The notes below the pieces were generated by a model. That model saw only the letters and a program-made list of their open reading frames with translations, searched no databases and was not told where the DNA came from. Made by a program: the position numbers and the translations under genes. A stretch of DNA of 64,000 nucleotides from Candidatus Gastranaerophilaceae bacterium (GTDB lineage Bacteria > Cyanobacteriota > Vampirovibrionia > Gastranaerophilales > Gastranaerophilaceae): NCBI GenBank assembly GCA_045636305.1, contig JAZTXF010000047.1:1658-65657 (forward strand). Direction: 5' to 3'. This document shows, piece by piece, positions 19,023 to 30,176 of this stretch. Positions within the stretch are counted from its first letter, which is position 1. Each line of letters opens with the position of its first letter.

Positions 19023-19982
19023 ATGAAACAGACTTTTAGCATGCCCAAATTGTCTTTTATTGTAACGTCATACAATTATGCGCAGTATGTAATTGAATGC
19101 TTGCAAAGTATTGTTGAGCAAAGTTATCAAAATATAGAAATTATAGTTGTAGATGACCACTCAAGAGATAATTCGGTAGAAGTTATCAATAATTTTATAG
19201 AAGAAAATTCCACATGTGTCCCAATTCATTTGATTATGCATAAGCGTAATAAAGGACAATTAGCATCTATTTTGGACGGGATATTTGCTGCGAGTGGTGA
19301 GTTTATAGCTTGTATTGATTCAGATGATAAGTTGCATAAAGACTATGCTTTGACTCATATAGGTGTGCATCTTTGTAACCCTTGTGCATTAACGGTTTCA
19401 GAGATGTTTGAAATAGATTCAAAATCAGTTTTACATTCAATAAAATCACCGAATCTTTCTGAAATAGAAGGTGATGATATAATAAGTAAAATAAAATTGA
19501 GGATAAAAGATTTAGAATTACAAAATATAGAAGTTAAGAAACTTGATAAAAAAGAAAAGTTTTTTGGCGGTTGGTGGTGGGCGCCTACAAGTTGTGGGGT
19601 TTTTAGAAAGTCAACTATTCAACCGTTTTTGACATTCTTAAGAACAGATAATTGGAGAACATCTCCTGATAAGTTATTGTTTAATTTTTTGCACTTAGTA
19701 GGTGGTAGTGTAAGGATTTATGAACCTTTGGTTATGTATCGCAGGCATGGGCATAATGCCGGTATCGGAAATGTTATAATGGGTGATACTAGATTTAATT
19801 CCGGTAAGGCTAAAAAACAGTATTTAAAAAATCAAATTAATTTGTATAAAGATATTTTGGAATTTTTTGAGCAAAATAAAAGTAAGTTAATTGATTTATA
19901 TTCAAGACAACATTATTATCGGATGATTAAAGAAATTTATTTCTCAATACCTAAGCTTATTTTGTATAAACTTAGACATTAG
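19023..19982 (+). CDS. Glycosyltransferase family 2
   Basis: LSFIVTSYNYAQYVIECLQSIVEQSYQNIEIIVVDDHSRDNS, and the DSDD motif in CIDSDDKL. Confidence 0.8.
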   Translation: MKQTFSMPKLSFIVTSYNYAQYVIECLQSIVEQSYQNIEIIVVDDHSRDNSVEVINNFIEENSTCVPIHLIMHKRNKGQLASILDGIFAASGEFIACIDSDDKLHKDYALTHIGVHLCNPCALTVSEMFEIDSKSVLHSIKSPNLSEIEGDDIISKIKLRIKDLELQNIEVKKLDKKEKFFGGWWWAPTSCGVFRKSTIQPFLTFLRTDNWRTSPDKLLFNFLHLVGGSVRIYEPLVMYRRHGHNAGIGNVIMGDTRFNSGKAKKQYLKNQINLYKDILEFFEQNKSKLIDLYSRQHYYRMIKEIYFSIPKLILYKLRH

Positions 19983-20042
19983 ATAAAGAAATATTAATAA
20001 GTTGTTGTTAGAAAAATTAATAGTATAATCAGATTATATTGA

Positions 20043-21470
<1,428 letters not shown>

Positions 21471-21473
21471 CGA

Positions 21474-21884
21474 ATGGAATCTAAAAAACTACATTTAAAA
21501 GTTTTGACTCATGAAAAAGTTGTTTTTGATAGAGATGTTGATGCAATTTTTTCTATCGGAGAAAAAGGCGAGTTTGGTATTTTGCCTGGACATATACCAT
21601 TTATGACAGTGCTGAAAATAGGCGTAACTAGAGTTGTTATTGGGTCTGAAACTACGCATATTGCTATTATGGGCGGTGCATTTCAGGTTAAAGATAACGA
21701 AGCAATTATTTTGTCAACAGTTGCAGAAGTAGATGAAGACATAGATGTTGCAAGGGCTAAAGAGGCAAAGGAAAGAGCTGAAGCTCGTTTAGGTTCTGAA
21801 GAAGTCGCTATTGACAGACAAAGAGCTGAAGTGGCATTAGCAAAAGCGATTGCTCGTTTAAGAGCAACCGCTAAAAGAAATTAG
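21474..21884 (+). CDS. atpC: F1 ATP synthase epsilon subunit
   Basis: Lies immediately after atpD. GEFGILPGHIPFMT motif. Confidence 0.9.
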   Translation: MESKKLHLKVLTHEKVVFDRDVDAIFSIGEKGEFGILPGHIPFMTVLKIGVTRVVIGSETTHIAIMGGAFQVKDNEAIILSTVAEVDEDIDVARAKEAKERAEARLGSEEVAIDRQRAEVALAKAIARLRATAKRN

Positions 21885-21900
21885 GAAATTCTTTTTTATT

Positions 21901-22914
21901 TTATTTTATTTCTTTTTCTACTACCGGTGCAATTTTCTTTAAGGTCTCATATAGTTCATTAAATTGTTCAGGATAAAGTGATTGTGCCCCGTCGCAGAGT
22001 GCGCATTCAGGGCAGTCATGTACTTCTATTATCAGTCCGTCTGCGCCTGCTGCTATAGCTGCTTTTGACATAGGGGCAACTTTGTCTCTTAATCCTGTGC
22101 CATGGCTTGGGTCTATTATTATAGGCAGGTGACTAAGTTTTTTTACAACCGGAATTGCACAAAGATCCAAAGTGTTTCTTGTTGCGCGTTCAAATGTCCT
22201 TATGCCTCTTTCACAAAGAATTACTTCTCTGTTTCCTCCTGCCATTATATATTCAGCAGACATTAGCCATTCTTCTATTGTTGCTGAAAGTCCCCTTTTT
22301 ATAATAATAGGTTTTTTAATGTGCCCAAGTTCTTTAAGTAGATTAAAGTTTTGCATGTTTCTTGCGCCAACTTGCAAAATATCCACGTATTTCTCGAATA
22401 GAGGTATTTGAGAAATCTCCATAACTTCAGATGTTACCGCCATATCATATTTGTCAGCGACTTTCCTGATAATTTTTAGTCCTTCTTCACCTAAACCTTG
22501 AAATGCGTAAGGAGATGTCCTTGGCTTAAAGGCTCCGCCTCTCAATATTCTTACGCCATAGGAGGATAGTTTTTTTGCAACCGCATCCATTTGTTCTTCA
22601 GATTCAATAGTGCAAGGCCCTGCAATCATGCCTGTGTAATCGCTACCAAATTTTACTCCGTTAACAGAAACAATGGTGTCTGTCGGTTGAAACATTCTAC
22701 TGCATAATTTGTAGCTTGAGGATATTTTTATTACTTCTTTAACTCCATCAAGTAATTCTATATCCCTCGGGTCGATAACTTTGCCCCCAACAGCGCCAAT
22801 GACTGTGTGTAATTCTCCTTTTGAAATGTGAGCGTCAAAGCCTTTGCTTTTTATATATTTTTGTACATATTGTATTTGTTCTTCCGTTGCTCCGTGGCGC
22901 ATTACTATTAGCAT
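21901..22914 (-). CDS. 3-deoxy-7-phosphoheptulonate (DAHP) synthase, type I-beta, with N-terminal ferredoxin-like regulatory domain
   Basis: N-terminus MLIVMRHGATEEQIQYVQKYIKSKGF, then GPCTIES, LRGGAFKPRTSPYAFQGLG and IIDPSHGTG. Confidence 0.88.
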   Translation of the reverse strand: MLIVMRHGATEEQIQYVQKYIKSKGFDAHISKGELHTVIGAVGGKVIDPRDIELLDGVKEVIKISSSYKLCSRMFQPTDTIVSVNGVKFGSDYTGMIAGPCTIESEEQMDAVAKKLSSYGVRILRGGAFKPRTSPYAFQGLGEEGLKIIRKVADKYDMAVTSEVMEISQIPLFEKYVDILQVGARNMQNFNLLKELGHIKKPIIIKRGLSATIEEWLMSAEYIMAGGNREVILCERGIRTFERATRNTLDLCAIPVVKKLSHLPIIIDPSHGTGLRDKVAPMSKAAIAAGADGLIIEVHDCPECALCDGAQSLYPEQFNELYETLKKIAPVVEKEIK

Positions 22915-22950
22915 AATTCCTCCAGTTTTTTTCTATTGTAAATCAAAAAA

Positions 22951-23514
22951 TTAAAAACCGGAAGTTCTAAAATACATAGTGTATTTTTTATTGCCATAAT
23001 AAAAAACTATTTCGTAGAAATTTTCGTCAAGTGTTTGAGCTTCAATGTAAGAAGTTGGAGGTGGCTGTTTTTTTGAAGCAGTAAGATGTTTACCTATCTT
23101 TTCACCTAAATTTTTTGTAAATTTTTGCCATTTTGTTAATTCAGGGACAGGCATTTTTTTCTTATAAAAATCTTCTAATACTATATCTGTTTCAACGACG
23201 GGAATTATAAATTTAACTTTTCCATTTGATTTGAAAAATATATAATCTTTACCTTTGATAGTTCTTGCAGCCAATAAATAATACCCGGGTTCAATTATTT
23301 TATCTTTAAAATAAAGAGTAGTAGCAGTTCTAAAAAGTGGGTATGGAGAGTATGCATAATTAAAGTAATCCTCATTTTGATAAGGATCTAGGTCGTGCAT
23401 AAGATTAATTTGTGGCGTTTCTGTTTCATTATATATTTTTTCATAATCCTTTGCTGCAAATGCTGTAGTGTTACAAAAAAATATAAATGTGAATAGTAAA
23501 ATTATTGCTTTCAT
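22951..23514 (-). CDS. Secreted hypothetical protein
   Basis: Signal peptide MKAIILLFTFIFFCNTTAFA. No recognised motif. Confidence 0.55.
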   Translation of the reverse strand: MKAIILLFTFIFFCNTTAFAAKDYEKIYNETETPQINLMHDLDPYQNEDYFNYAYSPYPLFRTATTLYFKDKIIEPGYYLLAARTIKGKDYIFFKSNGKVKFIIPVVETDIVLEDFYKKKMPVPELTKWQKFTKNLGEKIGKHLTASKKQPPPTSYIEAQTLDENFYEIVFYYGNKKYTMYFRTSGF

Positions 23515-23588
23515 ATTATATATAATAACTAAATTTCTAAAAAATTCAAAAAATTTGCAAAATCTTAAAAAAGTATTATCATGTATAT

Positions 23589-24164
23589 ATGAATAAGTTT
23601 TTAATAATTTTATTTGCCATATCTTTAAGTATTAATTGTGCGTTTTCTTCTGTTCCTGAGTTAAGAGATTATGCTCCGTTGGTTATTAAAAAAGGTGGAT
23701 ATTTTAGAGTATTGAATCAGCGTACTTTAAATACAGGTTTGCTTGATGAGGGGGATACAGTAACATTTATTGCGCCGACAGATGTTTGGTGCGCTCAAGC
23801 CAAAATAATACCGAGAGATTCTGTGTATTATGGATATGTAGAAGAATTAAGGGAGCCTGTTCAGGGAACAAATGCAGCTATTAAAATAAGGGTTAATAAG
23901 CTAGTTACTCCAACTGGAAGAGAGTTTTCAATAGATGCATATTTATCGCATGGTGGAAAAATTGAAATAGGTGGAGAATTGACAGCTCCATTAGAATATA
24001 CGAAAATGCCACATCATATTAGATATCCTAATGTTTATAAAGGTGTTTTGCAGTATGTTCCTGGATATAAAAGATTTTATGGGCATCATTTGGTGATAAA
24101 ACCAGGTGCAGAATTGATACTATTGTTGAATAGTGATTTTAATGTAATTAATGCGGACTTTTAG
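23589..24164 (+). CDS. Secreted hypothetical protein, paralog of the next gene
   Basis: Signal peptide. The core GDTVTFIAP...IKIRVNKLVTPTGREFSIDAYL aligns with 24221..24925. Confidence 0.6.
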   Translation: MNKFLIILFAISLSINCAFSSVPELRDYAPLVIKKGGYFRVLNQRTLNTGLLDEGDTVTFIAPTDVWCAQAKIIPRDSVYYGYVEELREPVQGTNAAIKIRVNKLVTPTGREFSIDAYLSHGGKIEIGGELTAPLEYTKMPHHIRYPNVYKGVLQYVPGYKRFYGHHLVIKPGAELILLLNSDFNVINADF

Positions 24165-24220
24165 TGTAAAATGTTATATAATTATTAAGTAAAATACAAA
24201 ATTGGCATGGAGGAGTACTA

Positions 24221-24925
24221 GTGAAAAAATATTTAGGGATAATGATTTTATTGAGCTTGATAACCTTGCCTGTTTTAGGAGCTTCTCCATATGTATCGTA
24301 TGAACCTGTAAATCCTTACGGAAATTCTGCCCCTACTTTGCATGGTGCAGTTTTCATGGTTCCTGCGGGTGTAGCATTGCCTGCAACGACTACTACTGAA
24401 TTGAACTCACAAACTATGTTGTTGGGTCAGTCTGTAACGCTTATGTTGTCTCAAGATTTTTATTATGGTGAAAAACTTGTAGCGCCGGCAGGAAGTACTG
24501 TAAATGGTACCGTTATACAGCTCAAAAAAGCAAATTTTGCAGGAATTAACGGTGCCTTGCAGATTAAATTTACTAGTATTGTTACACCTTTTGGACAAAT
24601 GATCCCGATTTCCGGTCAGATTAAAACTAATGATGGTACCGGTGTTTTAAGGGGCGGAACGGCAAAAGAAACGACAAAAGAATATGTGAAAGATGTCGGA
24701 GTCGGTGCGGCAGGCGGAGCAATTTCAGGACTGGTTTTCAGCGCTATTTCAGGAGGCTCTGTCGGTAAAGGAACTGCAATAGGTACAGCAATAGGCGGGG
24801 GGGTAGGATTAGGAAAATCCGTTATAGATAAAGGAGGAGAGGTATCTGTTCCTTCAAATACCAATTTGTTGATACAACTTGAGCAGCCTATAACTATAAA
24901 TTCGGCGGCAACATTTAGGTATTAA
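24221..24925 (+). CDS. Secreted protein with paralogous beta-rich core plus glycine-zipper segment
   Basis: Signal peptide. GQSVTLMLS...LQIKFTSIVTPFGQMIPISGQIK. Gly-zipper GVGAAGGAISGLVFSAISGGSVGKGTAIGTAIGGGVGLG. Confidence 0.6.
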   Translation: MKKYLGIMILLSLITLPVLGASPYVSYEPVNPYGNSAPTLHGAVFMVPAGVALPATTTTELNSQTMLLGQSVTLMLSQDFYYGEKLVAPAGSTVNGTVIQLKKANFAGINGALQIKFTSIVTPFGQMIPISGQIKTNDGTGVLRGGTAKETTKEYVKDVGVGAAGGAISGLVFSAISGGSVGKGTAIGTAIGGGVGLGKSVIDKGGEVSVPSNTNLLIQLEQPITINSAATFRY

Positions 24926-24998
24926 TTCTTTTGGGGGTTATGTTTTATCAATTTTTTAATTAATCTTTAAGTAATAAAAAAACAGAAGACTTGGGAAA

Positions 24999-26162
24999 AT
25001 GGCGATTATTGGAAAATTTTATAACGAAGTAAATAATGAAAGTGAAAAAGCAGTATCATATGAGGTACCGCGTGTTTTTGATAAGCAGGAAGAAGGGTTA
25101 ACTTTAAAAAAATCTATTTTTCTTTCAATATTGTTGCATCCGACCTCTGTCTTATTAGCTTGGGTGTTAGTTTTTATTTTAGCTCTTTTAGGGATAAATT
25201 TTGATAGGTTAGAAAAACCGGAACCTAAAATGAGAGATATAGAATTTGTTTTGGTAAATAATCCTGAGGCACCGCCGATTGATAAGAATACAAAAAATAG
25301 AGCGGATAGAAATACAAGAGCCGGTGGCAAACATGACCCCAAAAAGCCTCAGGCTGAACCTTCTCCTGCGCCCGGAAAACAAAGTGCTCCGGCAAAGAAA
25401 CAGCCGGTAAAAAAACAGCAGACCCCTGTTAAAAAACAGTCTATACAACAACCTCAAAAAACGCTTCAACAGCAAGCTTCGCCTAAAGTTCAGCCTAAGG
25501 CTCAACAGCCGGCACCTCAGCATGTTACACCTAAGCCTGTGCCGCCGGCACCAAAACTGGCGCCACAAGTTAGTTCACCTAAAGTTGTACCGGAGCCTAA
25601 AAGTGCAATGCAAGTTCCTGTGCCAAAGACAACGGCTCCTAAGTTGGCAGGTTCATATGGCGGACCGGTTACAGCCTCTCGTGCGGGAACTGGGACAATG
25701 TCAGGAGGAAATAGTGTAGGTCGTCCTGCTCCTAGTTTTTCACCGTCTTCTACTGGATCTTCTTCCGGTTCAGGCAGATTTTCTACAGGACAATATGGTA
25801 ATGGTCAAGCAGGCAATCCAGGGCCTGGAAATCCAAATGGCAGACCGGGTATAGATGCTATTAAAGAGCCTGATTTTGGACCTTATATGAGAGAATTGCA
25901 ACGTCGTATTAAGATGAATTGGGACCCTCCAAAAGGTAATGAATCAAAACGTGTCATTCTTTTGTTTAAAATAGCTAAAGATGGAAGATTGTTGTCAGTA
26001 AAGGTTAGCCGTTCTTCAGGAGTTCCTGCGGCAGATAGGGCTGCAATTTCTGCGGTGGAGTTGACCGCTCCGTTTAAGCCGTTACCTCCGGAATTTAAAG
26101 GGGGAAGTGTAGATATCCAATTTACGTTTGATTATAACGTATTTGGCGGTTCAAGGTATTAA
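24999..26162 (+). CDS. tonB: TonB-family energy transducer (long Pro/Lys/Gln-rich linker)
   Basis: N-terminal TM helix, PKxQP-type repeats, and C-terminal TonB_C-like YMRELQRRIKMNWDPP...LLFKIAKDGRLLSVKVSRSSG. Confidence 0.8.
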   Translation: MAIIGKFYNEVNNESEKAVSYEVPRVFDKQEEGLTLKKSIFLSILLHPTSVLLAWVLVFILALLGINFDRLEKPEPKMRDIEFVLVNNPEAPPIDKNTKNRADRNTRAGGKHDPKKPQAEPSPAPGKQSAPAKKQPVKKQQTPVKKQSIQQPQKTLQQQASPKVQPKAQQPAPQHVTPKPVPPAPKLAPQVSSPKVVPEPKSAMQVPVPKTTAPKLAGSYGGPVTASRAGTGTMSGGNSVGRPAPSFSPSSTGSSSGSGRFSTGQYGNGQAGNPGPGNPNGRPGIDAIKEPDFGPYMRELQRRIKMNWDPPKGNESKRVILLFKIAKDGRLLSVKVSRSSGVPAADRAAISAVELTAPFKPLPPEFKGGSVDIQFTFDYNVFGGSRY

Positions 26163-26191
26163 TATAATTAGAAAGAAGAGGATATATAACT

Positions 26192-26839
26192 ATGGAATTA
26201 TTATTACACTCAATTAAACTTGATTGGCCGGTATTATTGCCAATTTTAATTTGCTCTATTCTTGTTGTTGCTGTTGCAATTAACAGGTTCTCTTTTTACT
26301 CAAAAAACAAAAGAGATATTGTTTCGTTTATCCCAAAATTACAGAAAGAACTCTCAAGAGGGAATTTGGCATCAGCTCAAGCCTTGAGTGAACAATTAGG
26401 CGGTGTTATTGGTGAAGTTTCCGAAGAAGCTGTAAGAATTTTTGCAGAACAAAAATCCGGTTTTTCACGCTCATTTGATATTGCTGCAAATTTAGCGACA
26501 AGAAAATTAGAAAGTCACTTAACAATCTTGGGGACAATAGGTGGTGTTGCTCCGTTTTTAGGCTTGTTTGGCACTGTTGTGAGAATCTTGTATACATTCC
26601 AAGATTTAGCTACACAAGGTAACCAATCAGCTGCTGTTGCTATGGGTATTGGTTCTGCATTGATTGCAACTGCCTTTGGTTTGGGTGTAGCGATTGTTGC
26701 AGTTATTTTCTATAACTTTTTCCAATCTTCAGTTAAACGTTATGAGGATGATTTTCAACTTATTAAATTATTATTCTTGAGTTTTGCTGATAGTTCTGAT
26801 GAGCCTGTAACTGCTTCTCAATCTAATATAGCAATATAA
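26192..26839 (+). CDS. exbB: MotA/TolQ/ExbB proton channel protein
   Basis: Three TM segments. LGTIGGVAPFLGLFGTVVRILYTF motif. Confidence 0.85.
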   Translation: MELLLHSIKLDWPVLLPILICSILVVAVAINRFSFYSKNKRDIVSFIPKLQKELSRGNLASAQALSEQLGGVIGEVSEEAVRIFAEQKSGFSRSFDIAANLATRKLESHLTILGTIGGVAPFLGLFGTVVRILYTFQDLATQGNQSAAVAMGIGSALIATAFGLGVAIVAVIFYNFFQSSVKRYEDDFQLIKLLFLSFADSSDEPVTASQSNIAI

Positions 26840-26854
26840 TTTAAGGTAAAAATT

Positions 26855-27400
26855 ATGGCGATGAAAACAAATAAGGGTAAGGATGCTCTTTTTACAGAAA
26901 TAAATATAACACCGTTAACAGACATTTTTTTGGTTTTGTTGATTATAATGATGGTAGTAGCTCCGACATTTCAGTCGGTAGATAATACTATTTCTGTGCC
27001 GGAAATTAATAGTGGTATTTCGATTGAAAACCAAAATGCTACTGTTGCCATAACAAAAGACGGAAACTTTTATGTTAACGGTAAACCTGTAACTCCGGAT
27101 ATTATTACAAAAGAGCTAGAACAATTGAAACCTTTATTGGAAAAAAAAGAGGTAGTTGTTAAAGCTGATAAAGATACGAAGAGTAGAGAAATTATGAGTG
27201 TAATGAATGCCGCACAAAATGCAGGATATGAAAAATTAATTGTTGCGGGTGAACCATTGACTAAAAAAGCGCAAGATGAATTAAAAAAAGCGGATGAAAA
27301 AAGTGTGGGAACGAGCTATAGCTCAGAGGCGGTAGACATTCCTATTCTCCCCGCAACAGAAGATTTGCGACCAAGAGTTAATATACCGACAGAAGGATAA
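26855..27400 (+). CDS. exbD: ExbD/TolR family protein
   Basis: EINITPLTDIFLVLLIIMMV signature. Confidence 0.85.
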   Translation: MAMKTNKGKDALFTEINITPLTDIFLVLLIIMMVVAPTFQSVDNTISVPEINSGISIENQNATVAITKDGNFYVNGKPVTPDIITKELEQLKPLLEKKEVVVKADKDTKSREIMSVMNAAQNAGYEKLIVAGEPLTKKAQDELKKADEKSVGTSYSSEAVDIPILPATEDLRPRVNIPTEG

Positions 27401-27406
27401 AATAAG

Positions 27407-27796
27407 ATGGCTTCAAGACAAAGGGATTGTTTTAACGAAATAAATATTACACCGCTAACGGACATTTTTCTTGTGTTGTTGATTATAATGATGGTTATTG
27501 CACCACTGTTAGATCAGCAAGGTTTGAACTTGACTGTTCCGGAAAATGTTGCAATGGAGAAGGTTAAAGAATCAAAAATATTATCTATTGACGTTTTAGC
27601 ATCAGGTCAATATGTTTATGATGGTGAAGTTATTGCGGAAACGGATTTGGCAAGAATTATTAAAGGTAATTTAAAAAATTATCCTGACGGATTGATGATT
27701 AATACGGATGGAGAAGCTTCACATGGTGTTGTTGTCAGGCTTATGGACATAGCTCGTAATTCAGGAGTTAAAAATATCTCATTATCTCAAAATTAA
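27407..27796 (+). CDS. exbD: ExbD/TolR family protein (second copy)
   Basis: EINITPLTDIFLVLLIIMMVIAP signature. Confidence 0.85.
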   Translation: MASRQRDCFNEINITPLTDIFLVLLIIMMVIAPLLDQQGLNLTVPENVAMEKVKESKILSIDVLASGQYVYDGEVIAETDLARIIKGNLKNYPDGLMINTDGEASHGVVVRLMDIARNSGVKNISLSQN

Positions 27797-27865
27797 TTTG
27801 AAATACTTGAAAATATTTTATCATCATAGTATATTACTATCATAAGATTGTAACTAGGAGAAATT

Positions 27866-28108
27866 ATGAACCAAATTATAAAAATTGCTTGGGACCTTAA
27901 TGAAAGCACAGAAAACAGATACCAATTAGTTTATGAGATTGCTGATTTGGCAAAAAGATTGGTAGATGAAAGCGTATCAAGAAAAAATAAAGACGAATTT
28001 GGTTTTGATGATTATAATTTTGATTCATCAATGAAAAAAGAAAATCCTGTTGAGCATGCCATTATGGTAAAAGCTTCTGAATCTGATGATGCAGGATTGG
28101 TAGGATAG
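27866..28108 (+). CDS. rpoZ: Probable RNA polymerase omega subunit
   Basis: STENRYQLVYEIADLAKRL resembles the omega NRY/F-x-L core. Acidic C-terminus and size fit. Confidence 0.55.
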   Translation: MNQIIKIAWDLNESTENRYQLVYEIADLAKRLVDESVSRKNKDEFGFDDYNFDSSMKKENPVEHAIMVKASESDDAGLVG

Positions 28109-28136
28109 AGATATAACTGTTAAAATTCATATTTTT

Positions 28137-28163
28137 ACTCCACTGAGTAGTGGAGTTTTTTTT
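28137..28163 (+). terminator. Rho-independent terminator
   Basis: ACTCCAC-TGAGTA-GTGGAGT followed by T7. Confidence 0.85.
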
Positions 28164-28175
28164 ATAGAGTTAGTT

Positions 28176-29018
28176 TTATGAAAGAACTGCTGATTTTATT
28201 TCTCTGTATATTTTGCTGGTAATTTCGCTAATGTATTCTGCACTGACAAGCCCGTTAATCACAATGTCAGAAATTTCCAAAGCAGGGCGAATGTATGTTT
28301 GCGCCGTTTCATTTACGTTTGCGAATTGCACATCTGCGGCGTGTCCGCTTTTGCCTCTGCTTGCTGCACGTTTGTACCAACGGTCTTTTATTACATCGAA
28401 AGGCGTAAAAACATAAACTTTTACGTCCATAATTTCCCTTAATCCTTCGTTAAGTACGTACAAACCTTCATTTAGTAATATTTTAGTAGGTTTTTTTGTT
28501 TCACCGTTAGGGTTGCTTGCGCATGTAACAAAGTCATAATCCGGACAAACTATCGACTGACCTGACTTTAGCGCCAATAAATGTTCTTTCATTAAATCCA
28601 AATTGATAGCAGCAGGTGTGTCAAAACTAAATCCTGTTGCAAATAAAGCATCGTAACTGCCCAAGTCTTTTAATTCTTGTTCCATGTCATAGTAATAGTT
28701 GTCACAAGGCAGAATTGTGTAAACCCCTTCTCTGTCTTTTGGGATAAGTGCATTAACAGTATTTAGTACAAAAGTGGTTTTACCAGAAGCTGATTCACCG
28801 GCAATCCCTATAACAAGAGGCCTATTCTTGATTTCTACTGCTTTACGAGCCATTTTAAAGATAAAATCATCTTTTATTTTTAAAAACAAAGGTTGTTTCT
28901 GTTGCCTATCTTCAGCCAAAATTTTTTTTAAGCTTTCAACTATTTTAATAGTAGTTTCAAGCCCTTTGTTGTTTGTTTTTGATTCAACTTCAATACTCAT
29001 AAATCTTTCCCAATTCAA
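28176..29018 (-). CDS. Uridine kinase / PRK-family nucleoside kinase with N-terminal extension
   Basis: VIGIAGESASGKTTF P-loop. DNYYYD...FDTPAAINLDLM...PDYDF pattern of the udk family. Confidence 0.7.
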   Translation of the reverse strand: MNWERFMSIEVESKTNNKGLETTIKIVESLKKILAEDRQQKQPLFLKIKDDFIFKMARKAVEIKNRPLVIGIAGESASGKTTFVLNTVNALIPKDREGVYTILPCDNYYYDMEQELKDLGSYDALFATGFSFDTPAAINLDLMKEHLLALKSGQSIVCPDYDFVTCASNPNGETKKPTKILLNEGLYVLNEGLREIMDVKVYVFTPFDVIKDRWYKRAASRGKSGHAADVQFANVNETAQTYIRPALEISDIVINGLVSAEYISEITSKIYREIKSAVLS

Positions 29019-29168
29019 AATACAAAAATATAGTAGCTCAAAATAAATTTTTAATCACTAAAATAAAGTGAAATGTAAAAAAAATTTTACTTCATAAATT
29101 GCTACGACTATTTTTTTTTGTATGTTTTTAGTATTGTTATATTGTTAACAAAGTTGGAAAGAAAAATT

Positions 29169-30173
29169 ATGAGTTTGAACACATATTTAGGTATTGATGT
29201 AGGATCTGTTACAACAAAATTAGCTCTTGTAGACGAACAAGGCAGACATGTTGACAGTTGTATGTTACGTACTGCGGGTAAACCTGTTGTCGCAGTTCAA
29301 AGGGGCTTACAGATATTGAAACAACAAGCAAGGGTTGATTATAATGTTTGTGGTGTCGGTACAACAGGGAGTGGACGTAATTTGGCTGGGGCTTTAGTTG
29401 GTGCTGATGTAATTAAAAATGAAATAACAGCTCATGCCGTTGCTGCAAGTACTTACGTAGATGGTGTACAAACAATTTTAGAAATAGGCGGACAAGATAG
29501 TAAAATTATTATTTTAAGGGATGGAATTGTTACTGATTTCGCAATGAATACGGTTTGTGCTGCCGGTACAGGCAGTTTTTTAGATCAACAAGCTTCAAGA
29601 CTGAATGTTCCTATTGAGGAGTTTGGACCTACCGCATTAAAGTCAACATCTCCAGCAAGAATTGCGGGACGTTGCGGTGTTTTTGCGGAAAGTGATTTGA
29701 TACATAAGCAACAATTAGGTTATCCTGTAGAAGATTTGCTTTATGGGCTTTGTCAGGCTTTGGTTAGAAATTATTTGAGTAACTTGGCTTTGGGAAAAGA
29801 GTTGTTACCGGTTGTTTCTTTCCAAGGCGGTGTAGCTACAAATGTGGGCATGGTTAAGGCTTTTGAAGAGGCGCTTGGGTGTGAAGTGGTCGTTCCTGAA
29901 AATCATCAAACGATGGGTGCTTTGGGGGCTGCTTTGTTGGGAATGGAAAATCACCAATACACTCAAAAGCCTACATTGTTTAAAGGTTTTGAGGTCGGAG
30001 ATATGCATTTTAATTCGGTGACTCACCAATGTTCTGATTGCTCAAACAATTGTGAAGTTATAACAATTGTTGAGGGCGAATTGCCAAGACCTTTACCAGA
30101 CAAGATTAAGGATGTGCAGGGAAATATCATTGCTCGTTGGGGCGGAACATGCGGTAAATGGGATATTTCTTAA
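29169..30173 (+). CDS. BcrAD/BadFG-type activase ATPase with C-terminal Cys-rich tail
   Basis: GIDVGSVTTK, IGGQDSKIIIL, NTVCAAGTGSFLDQQ, GRCGVFAESDLIH, FQGGVATN, then CSDCSNNCE and WGGTCGKWD. Internal ATG at 29169 chosen. Confidence 0.8.
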   Translation: MSLNTYLGIDVGSVTTKLALVDEQGRHVDSCMLRTAGKPVVAVQRGLQILKQQARVDYNVCGVGTTGSGRNLAGALVGADVIKNEITAHAVAASTYVDGVQTILEIGGQDSKIIILRDGIVTDFAMNTVCAAGTGSFLDQQASRLNVPIEEFGPTALKSTSPARIAGRCGVFAESDLIHKQQLGYPVEDLLYGLCQALVRNYLSNLALGKELLPVVSFQGGVATNVGMVKAFEEALGCEVVVPENHQTMGALGAALLGMENHQYTQKPTLFKGFEVGDMHFNSVTHQCSDCSNNCEVITIVEGELPRPLPDKIKDVQGNIIARWGGTCGKWDIS

Positions 30174-30176
30174 TAA

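Noticed and set aside
24616-25568. Long antisense or alternative-frame ORFs in the track. Examples are 24616-24864, 25019-25342, 25209-25568 and 25522-25719, and likewise 38339-38959, 50853-51494, 62191-62568, 49638-50042 and 30247-30615.
   Set aside because: They are shadow ORFs inside genes with unmistakable conserved products (TonB, atpA, metG, smc, prfB, ccdA). Their translations are low-complexity or mirror the codon structure of the real gene.
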